In this document: one piece after another, positions 12,501 through 24,614 of the stretch
Position numbering within the stretch: the stretch's first letter is position 1
Layout of the letters: every line of letters begins with the position of its first letter
Assembly (NCBI GenBank): GCA_965637545.1
Contig: OZ281497.1
Location: 12,648,001 to 12,712,000, forward strand
Origin: Phallusia mammillata
Lineage: Eukaryota
Length of the DNA stretch: 64,000 nt
Reading direction: 5' to 3'
The notes under the pieces: model-generated
Database searches by the model: none
Told to the model about the DNA's origin: nothing
Seen by the model: the letters and a program-made list of their open reading frames with translations, nothing else
Program-made: the position numbers and the translations under genes

Positions 12501-15500
12501 CGTTATGCCGCGTGGTTTGTTATGGGATAGCAGGTGCGGGGATTAACAAGGGATCTATTGTCCTGGGCTCGACCTAAATAACTCAAGCGACCCAAACCTG
12601 TGGACACGAATGTGCACCAACAAAAACAGATTTCGTGTCATTCCACTTAAGCTGTGTGGGGTTTTGAAAACGTGTAATTTTTGTGACGAGAAACGTTATT
12701 TATTTTCTCCTTCAATATGTAAAGCAAGGGATGCGTTTTTCTACCTGGCAGTCACAGAAAGTTTTGATGAGCAAAAGTGCTATTAAAATTGTTGCACCAA
12801 TAAAAGTCTGACATGTTTTAAATCAAGAACATTTTTTTGATTTTTCATTCATTTTGACCCACCAATGGCAACAATTTAAAAGGATGAAAATACTTTTGTC
12901 AACTCGAGTGTCGAAAATATGTGGCCCGCGGCGAAGCGAGCGATTTTATCGTGATCGGACTTCGCAGCTTGATCGATTTGACCCGGAGTGTGATAAGGAG
13001 TGTGCGGAAGCGAGTGAAATGTACATGACAAACACTCCAGCGTTCATCTTTAATGTTTGTTTGTTGGCGCAATATTAATGATCAACTGCCGAAACGCGGC
13101 AGCTCAAACAATGGGTCAGCGGTCATTTTTATACTTACATGGGTCACCTTAATGTTAAGCACAAACCACAGGAATATCAGTTGTTAATATTCGCCTTTGT
13201 TCGTGACTGAAACGGTTAAATTCCAAGTAAATGAAATTTGACATGTTGTTTCCGGATTGTTCATTATTTTGTCATCGGAATTATCGTTGGTAATGACGTA
13301 TTTTCCCCACGCTTTTTTGTGGACGAAGATGTTTTGACACGCGTTAAGAATCACAGTGTGACGTGGGGGGTCTCATGAGATCGACGGTTTTGAACAGAAT
13401 ATTTGGTTTCACATTTTAAATGGCCGTGGTTTTAAAAATGGCACCTGGATCAAAAAGCTACTTACATGCAAATTTTACCGAATCGAAAACTTAACAAGGT
13501 TTTAATTCTCTGGTATTGTTTGTTGTTTTGAAAATTTGATTGTGGCAATAATTCGATCACGTTGTTTTTTGTCATTTTTTTTTATTTAATCAAGATTCGT
13601 GCATGCATGGTGTTTGCAAATTCTCCACGTTATGTATTGCAAATGCGGAACAGTGCTGGAATACAAACTTAATAGCTCCACCTCGTGTACAAGATATTTA
13701 AAGATTGTCTCCGCTTTGCGTCCGTTTTCTGTCAAATTAAGTATGATTGATTTGTTAAGCGCCGCGCGACAATCCGACGACATTAAAATATCAAGAATAT
13801 TGTGCGCAGTCACTCTAAAGCCCTACTTGTTTTTGAAAACAGGTTAAATGTTTTTAACTTTACCACCACAACATGTAATTGAGCAAAGTCGTTTTGTGCG
13901 GCAGCAGCTTTAAACAGATTATTCCCGCCCACAGCGTATAAGTGATGGTGACGTGTTTGTTTATCGGATGTTAGTTAGGTAATGCTGTTTGTGTGACTCA
14001 TAAACCCTACTTTAAGGTACAGTGTGTTATTCACGTAAGTTTGCGGCTTTGCTTGCTTTCTTCCTATTTACTCCGCTGTTTTTTAACAGTATTTTTCTCC
14101 AAAACAAAGCGACGTGCCTGATGTTTATGCTGTTGATTTAGTGACGTATGAGTTGCAAAACTAACTTTGAATAAAAAAATTACTAGTTTTTTGCGTTACA
14201 TTTTCACTGTTGTAAATTTGTTTGTTAAATCTTAGGAAATATTATAGACACTGACTTTAAAATTATTGAACGGTGTAACAAAAACAAATTTGTAACAGCA
14301 TATTTTTTATCGTTGCATATATTTTTACTACGTTTTATACTTTCGATTTTGTTACTTAAAACCGCGTTTCAAAGTTATGGTGGAAAAACAAAAGGGTTAT
14401 TACTTCGCAGATAATTTTGAAGTCACTTACCGGTCGTCTTCTTCTTCGTCCAGTACACACAAATTACGGTTCATAATATCAGACATTATTTCACACACCA
14501 CAGCAGTCTGTCATCAGAACTGTTGAGATTTAATTTTCATAAAAAGTGCTTAAATTCTGTGACAATATTAGGTTGTAAATTTGCGATTACGAGTTCCATA
14601 TCCTTCACTAAATGTTGCAACTGCACCTAATTTGTTCTCCAAACCGCAATGTCACTGAGCACCTAAGTCGATTTATCTACAATTTCTGTGCATACTTAAG
14701 TAATAATTGTTGAACGGCAAACGATACGATTAGACACACAACTATGGTCAAGGACCGAGTGTCAGCTCTCGTTTGTCTTCCTCTCCAAACTTAAACCAGC
14801 TGAAGAATGTTTTATCCTTCGCTCGCATAGATGACGTAACGTCATGCAACGCTCCACTGCGTAACGCGCATCAGTGCACGCAGTCTGGAACACAAAGAAC
14901 GTCTTTGTTGACCAATCACTGTATTATCTCTATCCTCATCTTCAGACGTGTCTTCCGTGTTTATGTGTTTCTCGTGCTAAAGATCAACTTGTCCTAATCC
15001 GTAACTTGGACAGACTGCGGTTGTTCTAGCCTCCGGCTAGTGCTTGTAGGCAGGGTGTCATACTAGCGCGGTTCTTGAAAATGCTTACAAAAGTGCGATA
15101 TTTGCTAATTCACCAAGAAGGCACGCAATTGCTTTTTTTGCAGCAAATATTACCATCGAACGATGTTTTTTCTTGGGATTAGAGCGGCACGTTTTATCGA
15201 AATTCTACCTTTCTAAGCTGCTCGTTCTCCTTATCTCGCTTTCTAGCTGGTAATTGAAAGCCATTGTCGGCTACACAAAGTATTTGCAAACGAATTATGC
15301 ACTGCGGCTCGACGTGCAGAGGCTGCACATAGGACAGGAGACTGCACCGAGCCTTGTTAGAAAGCGCCGGTTATCGCTCCGTCATGCCTGGCTAATCCCG
15401 GTGATCCGGTGCGACAAACGTCGGCTATAAATATCCTATGACGTAAATCCGCTGATGGATTACGTGATATTTCCTGTTTCAGAACTTTTGACATGACGTG

Positions 15501-18500
15501 TTCAGTTTTTGTATAAATGACATTTGATTTTTTTTGGAAATTAGCCCATTTGTCTGGAAGTATTTTTCCTGTATAAATTTAACAAAAAATGGGATTGTTG
15601 ATTTCCTAATCCTGATTTAAGTTGTGGAACGAAGTTGCGAACGTGGCATTTATTATCTTTATGTTATCACTCATATACAATTACATTTGATATTGAAGCC
15701 AAAGTATTGGGTCAAATTTTACAAATACACTGGTCGACTGTTGGATGCTGTACGTGGTAATTTAAGGATGAAAAAATACAACATGTTTTATCAAAATATG
15801 TGCTGGTATTCTTTTTTTAGTTTATCTTGTAGCTGATGACCAATTTCACAAGTGTGTTATTGTTGTGTGGCAACCACCCTAACAACGGGAAAGTGTTAGA
15901 TTAGAGTCTCTGAAGATTTTAAAAGCTTGTGTTTTACACAATGTGTGGTTTGTTGTCTGTCTCGGCATCGCCCTTCCTACGTGTTTCTAATGCATTCCAC
16001 CCTTTTGCATTCGTGCGAAAAGCCCCCAGCACTTCGTTTCCCACCCGTACTTTGATCATTAGTTGTCCCCAGTGCCAGTGAACCGCATATTTTGGTCGTT
16101 TTTGTGAGCGCCAGTCGAGTTGTGTCACTGAGTTTAGACGTTTTGCTGACTTGGAATTATTTTGCACAACCGTGCAATTTCCCGCACACAAGTATTGTTC
16201 GTTTCCGCCATCTAGCGGTTTGACTTATCTTATTTGTCGAGTCACAAGCAGTCGATTTTTTTTTCTTGAGTCGATTATTGTTGCTTGATATCTTTAGTTT
16301 GGGTTGTTGTTTTTTAGGAATAATTTATTAGGAAGCAAAATATAATGGTGATGTAAAGTAATTGGCGGGGGGTGCAAATCACATCTGTTTGCGCATTATT
16401 TGAACACATTCGTGTGTCAGCATAGTTGCTTTGTCTTTGAAAAAATCATTCTTAAAAGCATGTCTTGTTCAGCAATTATTCGCTGACCAAACGCTTTTGT
16501 GCAATACAGTTTTCAAAATTCTCTATCTGTTAATAAAACGTTGCACCGCGCCACTCGTATTATCTTGTTTATTATTGTTATCCGTTTCTTAAAAGTAATG
16601 ATTAATTGAATTTGTGATGATAAATGGCCTTACCTTATATCTTCGTTGCAAGTAGCGAATCCCTGCCCCGAAAAATCGTCGTCGTGCAGAACAAGCTAAA
16701 AAATAAAAACATTGCATAGAATCCTCAAGTCGTGATTAAATTTTTTTTTAAAAGTTGTTCTTGTGGTTCTCAGACAAATGCCTCGTACATGTCGGCAAAG
16801 TTTTTACGACTCGTCATCTAGAAATCATCACCGAACCACAAACTTAAAGTTAGTCAAATTGAAGATTAAAACGTGTGTGGAAATTTTTCGTTTGTGGTGC
16901 GTGATCGCAAAAACGAGCAGAAGCCTTGTTTGATTTATTGCGGAAAAAAAGCTGTAAACGCATCAAACTGGAAAGCTTATTTTATTTTACTGGTTAATTT
17001 CGTGTTAAAGATGTTTTTAGCTTTTATTTAATATCTTTATTTTGCGACTTTTTGTTGCGAATTTTCTTTGCAAGTTCTTATCGCTAGAATTGAAATGATC
17101 CAAAAATGCATATTGTTATACCTACTGGCACTTTGAAACAAAACAGTTTTTTTATGTACTGACTATAATTGGTTGCACTGGAAATCCGCTGGTTTGTTCG
17201 GCGAATGATAAACGCCACACGATCTCGTCCGACATTGTTCTGTAGCTAAGGGCGTTTATTTTCATATCCGGTCTAACTCGACTATCGCGGTGGAACACTG
17301 CGAAATCAGTGGTAATGTTGCTGTTTTATCGCAGATCAACTCCAAACTTTCCCTTCGCAACTGATCCAATAGTAACAGGCCAGTCGTGGACATTCGCTTT
17401 ATATACCCCATACACACTCAGGGAAACACCCCGAATTCACCTCAAATTACACATATTGTGGTGACAAGATGTTTTTGTGGTGCCTGTCGGTGCTCTGTGC
17501 AGCTTGTTGTTGTCAGCGCTGGACAGTGCACTGTGCTCGTTTCAACATGCAGAGACATCGCCTGATTTAATTGCTTGGTAACTCTATCTAACGTGACGAA
17601 TGAAAACAAGTTGGTGCAAATACCCCCAAAATAAGATACAATAATAAGCAGTAAAAACAGATATAATGGATTTTTGAGAAGGTCTGCCGTTGCGTCGTTT
17701 GGGAAAGTTTGAGAAGGAAACTTTTACTACACTAATTATCTTTACAAGATAGCCAAGCGCTAGTCGTTTGTGGACCATACTTAATTTTCACACTCTTAAT
17801 GCAATAATTATAATTCCAAGCCAGTTGATAAAAACATTTTTAAACGTCCGGTATTTTTTTGTTTTTTGAACAAAGTGGCTGAGTTTCACCTCTCTCTTTC
17901 TCGTAGCAACCAGTAAACTGTCACTTAGTAAAGTTGTAGAAGGTGAAGTGGCTCAATCGCGACTTTCGCTCTGACAGGAAACCGTGAATCGCAAACTATC
18001 TGTTTGTGACGCACAACTTGGCGTATTTGTTTGTGTGTGACGTTTGCTCGGCACTTGTCATTCTCTCTGTGTGTTGCTGGAAATTGCAGAAGGCCATCTT
18101 TGTGACAAGAGTTGTTCGCTCAGCACGTTTTACACAAAGATAGTTTAGCAATGTCTGCCGTCGTAGCCGCATCTCCGTTCTCGCATAATTTACTCTTTAC
18201 CGAATCAGCAAGGGCAAATTTTTGTGGGCAAAGTTTTAATAATTGCTTTAAGCGCAAGCGACGTTCTTTTGTTTCAGTGCAAATCGGTAAGCCATGAGCG
18301 TGACGCCCGCAAAGGATGCGTTCGCCTGGGGCAAGGCTCTCTTACTTGTACCGAGACTGTCAAGCTCCTTTGTTTTTCGCTAATTCGTGCCCAACGACCT
18401 TACCCAACTATGTTCCCTTAAAATACAAAACAAAATTACACCAACATTTACACGCCCTTGGGAGACAATGTCTTTTTCACCTGTTGTTAACTTGCAATCG

Positions 18501-21500
18501 GGGTATTAGCGGTTAGTGTCAATAGTAAATTATCTAGTTCAAAGTTCAGATCGGTTGTCGTGTTTTGACCATGTTATACATTTGATAAAATTCCACGCCA
18601 CTTAAAATATCACTTAGTACGTATTGCTTCCGCATCTAATTACAAAAACATTGCATTTAAAACCAACAGGAGCCGTTTTCACGACTTTGCAGTGCATTAA
18701 AACGCTGTTGTTTAGGGTTTATGTTATTTGACTTCTTTGTTTTGTCACAATTCGAAGACTACAGAAAACAGTACAGGTGTTTCATTTTTAGGAATTATAG
18801 TGTTTTTAAATGGGTAATATCTTTATTTTGCGCATCTTAACAAGTATTATTCACATTTTTTTACGCAGAGGTGTATGCGGTACTACCCATTTGCTTACAT
18901 ATTTATAATGCGTACATACGTTAAGGCATAAGTTTGTTTGATGAAATAAAAGAAAATTTATAGTGTTAGATATTTCAACCAACATATAAAAATGTAATGA
19001 ACAGAAAAACGCAGTCCTTATGGCCCTCTGCCTATATTTTTTTAAATTACAACAAAATACCTATTCAACTGATCGTCTTTGTTCCATCATTGAAGCTGTT
19101 TGTAGATTAATCCACGACGTTCCGGCCACCAGCACGATAAGTTATTAATCTACCTATTGACACGCCTGTTCGCCCTAAGCTATATTACAAGTATAATGTC
19201 AAAAAAGTATCTATGCCAGCGTTTAAAGCAATAAATGCACCTTCGTTATTAGGATTGGTCTTGTGAATATGCGGATTTAAACTGTCCGTGTAAAAATTTC
19301 CGTCAAATAAATCAGGTTCCACATGAATTGACTTGCTAATTCCTTGCTTACGTTGCGAGCTGACTTAGGCAGTACGACTTGACAACCGAAGTTTCTTTCC
19401 GAAAACCGCTCACAACATTCTTCATTCTTCGTTCAAGAACATTTTTAAAGCTAATCTGGTGATCTGCCGAACCCCTGTATCTTAGCTGTGCTGTAGTTTG
19501 GATCAGTCGTTTCTTTGAAGATAATTGAGCCTTGTGGCCAAACTTTTACAGTTCTGTAAAGTAAACTTCAAATCTGAAACTTAGTTGATGCTTCTTTTGT
19601 CAAAAATTTCCGATGGGTTGTACTTTTGGTTAGTCGATACCTATGATCCTGTGTTTTAAATTGGTGTTGACTTGTTGTCAGTTTTATCGCATTAAAGGAC
19701 CTTTTTCATGTAAGGTATCTGAAATTCGCATTCTTTCACTATACCTGTGCTGCCGTACGAGCTAAGGCAGGTGATACGTCCTCCACCTCCTCTCTCACTC
19801 TTCTCCATGAATTCTCTTTTATTACAGCGCACATTTTCCCCTTGAGTAAGTACGAACAGCTTCTCACTTTTTGCGCAGTAAAGCGTATCGGCGGGACGTT
19901 CTTATCAGCACGACACTAATCCTGTTACCTTCACACCAACTTCACCGAAATTCAAGTGAATAATTTTTGCCCTAAAAGTTGTCAATATATCTGTATGAGA
20001 TAAATCCAGAGAATGCCTTAAAATTGGAACCCTTTTTTATCAGAATATTTTATGCTTTCGTAAAATTTATCACATCTTTCACTGGCAAATTCTGTTGAAC
20101 GGGCTAACAATCGTAAAGTTTATTACACGTTCACTGTCGACAAAACATGTTGCATTAGCAAAATAACTCGAAAACTAAAGCTTTCAAATTCCTCACATTG
20201 GACACAAACTGATAATGTCAACAAACTTTTGACTGGTCTGCGAAACGTTTGGACCGACACGCGTGTATTCACCTGGTTTATGTGTCTTTGGTTAGCCAGA
20301 ATACATTAAAAAAACGGGAACCCACAAGCAAAACACGTTCTCACCCTTCGATGCGCGCGAGTTAACCTTTGATTTTTTTCTAAATGTAATTGCTGAAAGT
20401 AGTGCAAAGCATTCTAAGTTACGGTGCAAACGCCGGACTACAGTTCAAATGCTGCGATTTAAATCCGTACAACTTCACATAAATACAGAAGGCGACTGGA
20501 ACGTGGCGAATCTTGTTGTGCGTCCGCGCCACTCGCATAATTACGGCTTTGAGACAAACCTTGCAGCCATTTTTTCAATTCTGAGGAAAAATGTGAAAAA
20601 TGCGGCTGGGGCTCTCACCTTACCTTGTATCTCATTTCGCAGCGAACCAACAGAGGTTTTGTGCCTGCGCTACACTCAAATGTTTACACGTTTCATGGAA
20701 CATACCGTTCGTCTCGTTTTCAATCCATGTTGACTGTTTTAGTATTATACTAAAATGCTACGAATCGTAAACCTAATTATGTTGCAGTTTTCGGTTTACC
20801 CGGTGAAAAGTTTTCCGTAGAGCTAAAAAAAAATTGGCTAATTCGGCTGTCGGTGTTATTAAACAACAAAGGCGATTGCAAAGGCGATAGCAGAAGATAC
20901 ACCGCAAGCTAAAAAAAGTCATCTCAAACACGTTCTATACTGTTCGATTTTGCTTAGTGTTTATACGACGAAAACAACCAAAAAAATGCTGTTTATTGGG
21001 TTTGACCTAATTTGGTTAGTAGCTGTAGCTTTTGGAGAAAGTGTGTGTTGAGTTTGCTAGCAGCACCTTCTCACATCCACGCACGCTGGTTCACCTTGCA
21101 TCGATGCCACTCATGAGTGCGCGTCTAACATTTCTGCCGTCGCTGCGGTTGCACGAACTACCTTGCTTGACGTCACAACACACGTAGGATAAGTCTGCCA
21201 CGCCACAGTAAGAGGTAGCTTACAATGAATGCTTCACACGAGCTAAGCCACCCCTCACACTAACACTAAAGTTTGCTGCTTTTTGACCATGAGTATGTTG
21301 CTGCTACCGTAGAAGTTAGATAGTGAGCTGGATTAAGATGAAAGGATACTAATTTTTGTAGCTACTTCGAACACTGCATGTATTGATAGCAAAGCCAAAC
21401 CACAACTATTTAAAATTCCCGTGTTGAAACCCAACGCCGACCACCAATTATGTTATCGTGCTTGGAAGAATCGTCTTGTGGTATTTTTTAAAAACTACCC

Positions 21501-22255
21501 TATTGTATAAACTGAAGTGCAAACTTTTCTGGATCGGCAGATTTTCTGGATCGATTTAAGTATAATTGGTGTTGATATAATTTCTAATGTTGCAGAGACT
21601 GGTCAGGTTGGAACGAGGAAAGTCAAAATTCCGTTTGTTTCTTCTGCGAGTCGTCATTTGACCAAGCGGAAAATGTTTACAATCATATGAAGGTCGGTTG
21701 TGTTATTTTCAATTAATATTCACACGAATTGAAACAAACACTTGTATGGTGTAGTTTTACAAATAACGCTAATCTTGTAGTTTTAAGAATAACCAATTGC
21801 CGCAAACATGTTTTTAGGACGAACACGATTTTGACTTTGTGTCAATCAGGCGTGATATGCAGATGAGTTTTTACCAACAAGTAAAAATGATCAACTTTAT
21901 TCGACGTTTGGTTCACATAGAATTGTCTATGTTAAAAACGGAACCTTCCGAAGTCGCCAAAAACGTTTCGGGCAATATTAAATCATCGACTCAGTGGAAC
22001 CAACCGCAGTACGTGTATTTTTTCAATTCGGCAAAATAAGCACAAATTTGATTTACGCCATGAGTTTTGCTTTTTAGGTATTATTTTCCTACGTACGAAA
22101 ATGACTCACTTCTCTGTCAGCTCGAAGATAAGGACGGTTTATTCGAACCGGAGGACACGTTTGTCATTGGCGAGGACGGGATGGATTGTCGTGCTATTGT
22201 CAACGACAGTGTTTTAACCGATCTTGTAGTTACTGGATATTTCGAAGTGCCCTGA
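586..22255 (+). CDS. ZNF277: Zinc finger protein 277 (C2H2/C2H2-like), multi-exon; 5' end uncertain (in-frame ATGs at 472 and 586, acceptor at 540/541)
   Basis: Hand-spliced exons, all GT-AG and phase-consistent: 586(or 541)-637, 748-916, 1008-1182, 1254-1337, 1579-1651, 2224-2269, 2325-2457, 2519-2577, 21596-21692, 21818-22008, 22078-22255. Peptides match recalled ZNF277 motifs: MILEPLLL, EHKMVVADVKLIADL, YWKKRF, YFLLCDALPED, GNRINLFNHMTEDHNFNIGHPDNIV, LQCLFCEKLFKDRASLREHMRKKAHRRLNPKNKDYDKYYIINYLELGKNW, DWSGW, FYQQVKMINFIRR, YYFPTYENDSLLC. Confidence 0.93.
3632..9525 (-). CDS. TRIM-NHL E3 ubiquitin ligase (RING-Bbox1-Bbox2-coiled coil-6 NHL repeats, Ser-rich tail; TRIM2/3/56/71-like), nested antisense in the ZNF277 intron
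   Basis: Exons (minus): 9525-9006, 8724-8590, 8346-8188, 7478-7350, 7020-6796, 6153-6001, 5427-5210, 5124-4977, 4809-4641, 4502-4398, 4246-4142, 3930-3632, all phases consistent. Domains: C3HC4 RING CQICFETYTRPKSLNCQHTFCLKC...CPTC; B-box1 CDTC...CLDCTDFLCTECSTWH; B-box2 CMIHDGEVAKIYCQSCQCPICHECVECGH; coiled coil; six NHL repeats, e.g. FGAEGPERGQFQGPRGICTDRHDNILVADCWNHRVDIF. Confidence 0.9.
7080..7143. repeat. Short direct repeat in a TRIM intron
   Basis: ATTTATACCCATGTGTAAATA occurs at 7080-7100 and 7123-7143. Confidence 0.7.
14431..14486 (-). CDS. Probable first coding exon of the TRIM-NHL gene (MSDIMNRNLCVLDEEEDDR)
   Basis: Strong donor CCG|gtaagt at 14431/14430. The phase-2 end joins the acceptor at 9526/9525 in frame to give ...DDR-FAGHMMASS. 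A promoter-like motif cluster lies upstream at 14831-15499. Confidence 0.5.
14831..15499. promoter_or_regulatory. Candidate promoter/enhancer: CRE/ATF-type TGACGT cluster and a TATA-like element
   Basis: Near-perfect palindrome ATGACGTAACGTCAT (14831-14845), TATAAATA (15426-15433), and TGACGT at 15439 and 15494, in CpG-rich sequence upstream of the putative TRIM first exon. Confidence 0.35.
16205..16218. promoter_or_regulatory. CTCF-like core motif CCGCCATCTAGCGG
   Basis: Reverse complement CCGCTAGATGGCGG fits the CTCF core consensus CCASYAGRKGGCRS with one mismatch. Confidence 0.3.
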
Positions 22256-22298
22256 AGACCGTTTGCTGTCACAAGCTTTCTCAAGCAAAAAAAAACTT

Positions 22299-22349
22299 AG
22301 ACTGCTTATGATTTATACATCACCAAGACTGCTTATGATTTATACATCA
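22299..22349. repeat. Direct duplication of 24 bp (period 27) in the ZNF277 3' UTR
   Basis: AGACTGCTTATGATTTATACATCA occurs at 22299-22322 and 22326-22349. Confidence 0.8.
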
Positions 22350-23522
22350 TGATTTTCAATTAGATATATGTTTGGGTGATGACTTTTCTTTTCATCTTTG
22401 TGTTTGGGGCCCATTTTCTTGTTGATACACAGTATTATTTGATTTTTTCTTTGCTTTTGAAAACTTTGTTCTCTGCTTGACTAACCAGCGCCATTTTAGT
22501 TGTGGGTGTCATTTTCGTACGTAATAAATCGAAAACTTAACTCACTAGTTTTCATTAGAAAATTTATGTTTCATATAAAATCTACACTGAAACTATGTAG
22601 CTACTGTTTAACAACGTAGTTTTACCATCCTTGCAGTGTTTAAATCAAACCAACCGGAATACTGCAGATATTGCAATGTAACAAGGAAACCAATTAATGT
22701 TTCGACTCGTCTTTGTGGTTGTTAATGGCAGTCTCGTGACCCCGGAAATGATGTTTACTTTGGTGAAAAACGATTTGAATTTTGCTTCATCATGACGGTC
22801 ATGTTGCTAATTAGATGTGAACAAAAAATGCGAGAACAAATTCTGGGTACTGCCACATAATGAGGCCCATTTTCTTAACAGAATTCTCAGAAACGCTAAA
22901 TACGGATATGCTGCGCTGATTAATTCATTCATGAAGAAAGGTGTGTTGAACCGTTCGATGTGCAAAATGATGCTACAAAGCAACGTGACGTGACTCAGTC
23001 TGATCTTTACAAACATAATTCATTTTGACAAGCAACGTTCTTGTGTTGTAAACTTCGTTTCCAAAAAGGGTCTACTTGTTTTTAGGTTTACGTTAATGGA
23101 TAAAGCAAACACAAGTCGCGTCGCAAAACTCGAAATTGTATAAAAGTTGTAATTAAATAGAGGCAAAATGTCCGTGCAGCCAAAACACCCTTTGGAAAAT
23201 TGACAATCGCAAAGTGCATTTTAGTCCGCTTTTCCACTTTCCGGGGTTACGTGCCAACAGTCAGTGATGACTTGTCATTTAATTCTCGGTTCGGAACCAA
23301 AACAGTTTTTTTCCGCCATGCAATCGTTCCTCGAACATCACGCATTTTCGCTTCGTCACCTTGCGACAAACAGTCTGGGACGCATGTTCCTAATACCAAT
23401 CTGCTCAAACGCTGATGAACAGTCGCCTCTTGTGCAACGGTTGCGACAATTTCTGTTTGTTAGGATTTTCAGTAAAGAGTGTAGCAAAAATAGAGGTGAA
23501 TTGACAAAGCTGAAACGGGCTT

Positions 23523-24614
23523 ATGGAAAAGATGCAAATGTTGAAAAATGTTTCTAGGCAACATCCATATACTGCAGCGGAGAATACATCTCAGTTACAA
23601 ACATATTTCGTCAATTCAACGATGAATATATCAGAAACAGAACGGAATTTAGAAATACCACTTCTTGTCGCTTCAGCGTTTTTAGCACTCTCGGCATTAT
23701 ACCTTGCAACTGCGTTGTGTTATTACATGAATTTGACAGAAAATCTAAGCTTAGCGAAACAGACGAATACGAAACGTGGTGGTGTTGGTGGCAGTCGGCA
23801 AACAGAGAAGTTCGGAAGGTTTTTGAGATGGCTCTGTCTTGCAACCGCCGTGTTTACGTTGATCATGACGTTGTTTGGATTATCAGGAATCACCGCGTAT
23901 TTTTTTCATGCTGATATGTTGTTTTGCGTTCGTTTTGCAAAGTCACATCACGCGTTGCGTTCGTTTAATGAAATTTTGCTGAATTCAATTTTGTGGCTTC
24001 GCCAAAAGATATTCTATATGCACCCAGCGATGCGACAACTTTCATCTACTATTACCGGGATTGTCAGTTGGCTTTTCTACGCCACAATGATTGTTGCTAC
24101 TCTACTGACTCTAGTGGTTTTCATCGTTGGCGGTGGGGCACACCGAAGCCCTGCAGACGGAATATGTGTTGTGAATGCCATCCATATTTTTAATCAGAAA
24201 TGGGATATATTGCTTCTCGGCATAACTCTGGCACTCATAATCATTTATCGTGTTTTGTTTCTGTCTTTGCTGTTGTATCCCCTCATAAAACATCATCGAA
24301 ACACTTTGCATAGCCGCGACATTAAGACCAACAACTTGATAATAATTATTCGAAGAATCCTGATAGCAGACTGCCTTTGCATCGGCGTTTTTGTAATTGT
24401 AACAGTTCTTAACAACCATCTTTCTAATCAGTCTATCTTTTTGCGAATGGTCATTTGGGAGACAGAACTTATACTTGGATTCATATTTGTTATGTTGTCT
24501 TTCACCGACTGTAGATGTCGGCTATTACCGTTCCTCTTTAAACCTATCAGAATGATAAGTACTAGGGGACAATCATTTACAGGGCGTGTAAGTGTATGGA
24601 GTACCGCAAACTAA
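23523..24614 (+). CDS. Intronless orphan 7TM receptor-like protein 1 (363 aa; true start may be Met at ~23622)
   Basis: Seven hydrophobic segments, N-terminal N-x-S/T sites, Cys at the top of TM3 (LFCVRF) and in ECL2 (DGICVV). Family motifs LWLRQKIFY, LLYPL and SFTDCRCRLLP are shared with the three paralogues. Confidence 0.82.
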   Translation: MEKMQMLKNVSRQHPYTAAENTSQLQTYFVNSTMNISETERNLEIPLLVASAFLALSALYLATALCYYMNLTENLSLAKQTNTKRGGVGGSRQTEKFGRFLRWLCLATAVFTLIMTLFGLSGITAYFFHADMLFCVRFAKSHHALRSFNEILLNSILWLRQKIFYMHPAMRQLSSTITGIVSWLFYATMIVATLLTLVVFIVGGGAHRSPADGICVVNAIHIFNQKWDILLLGITLALIIIYRVLFLSLLLYPLIKHHRNTLHSRDIKTNNLIIIIRRILIADCLCIGVFVIVTVLNNHLSNQSIFLRMVIWETELILGFIFVMLSFTDCRCRLLPFLFKPIRMISTRGQSFTGRVSVWSTAN

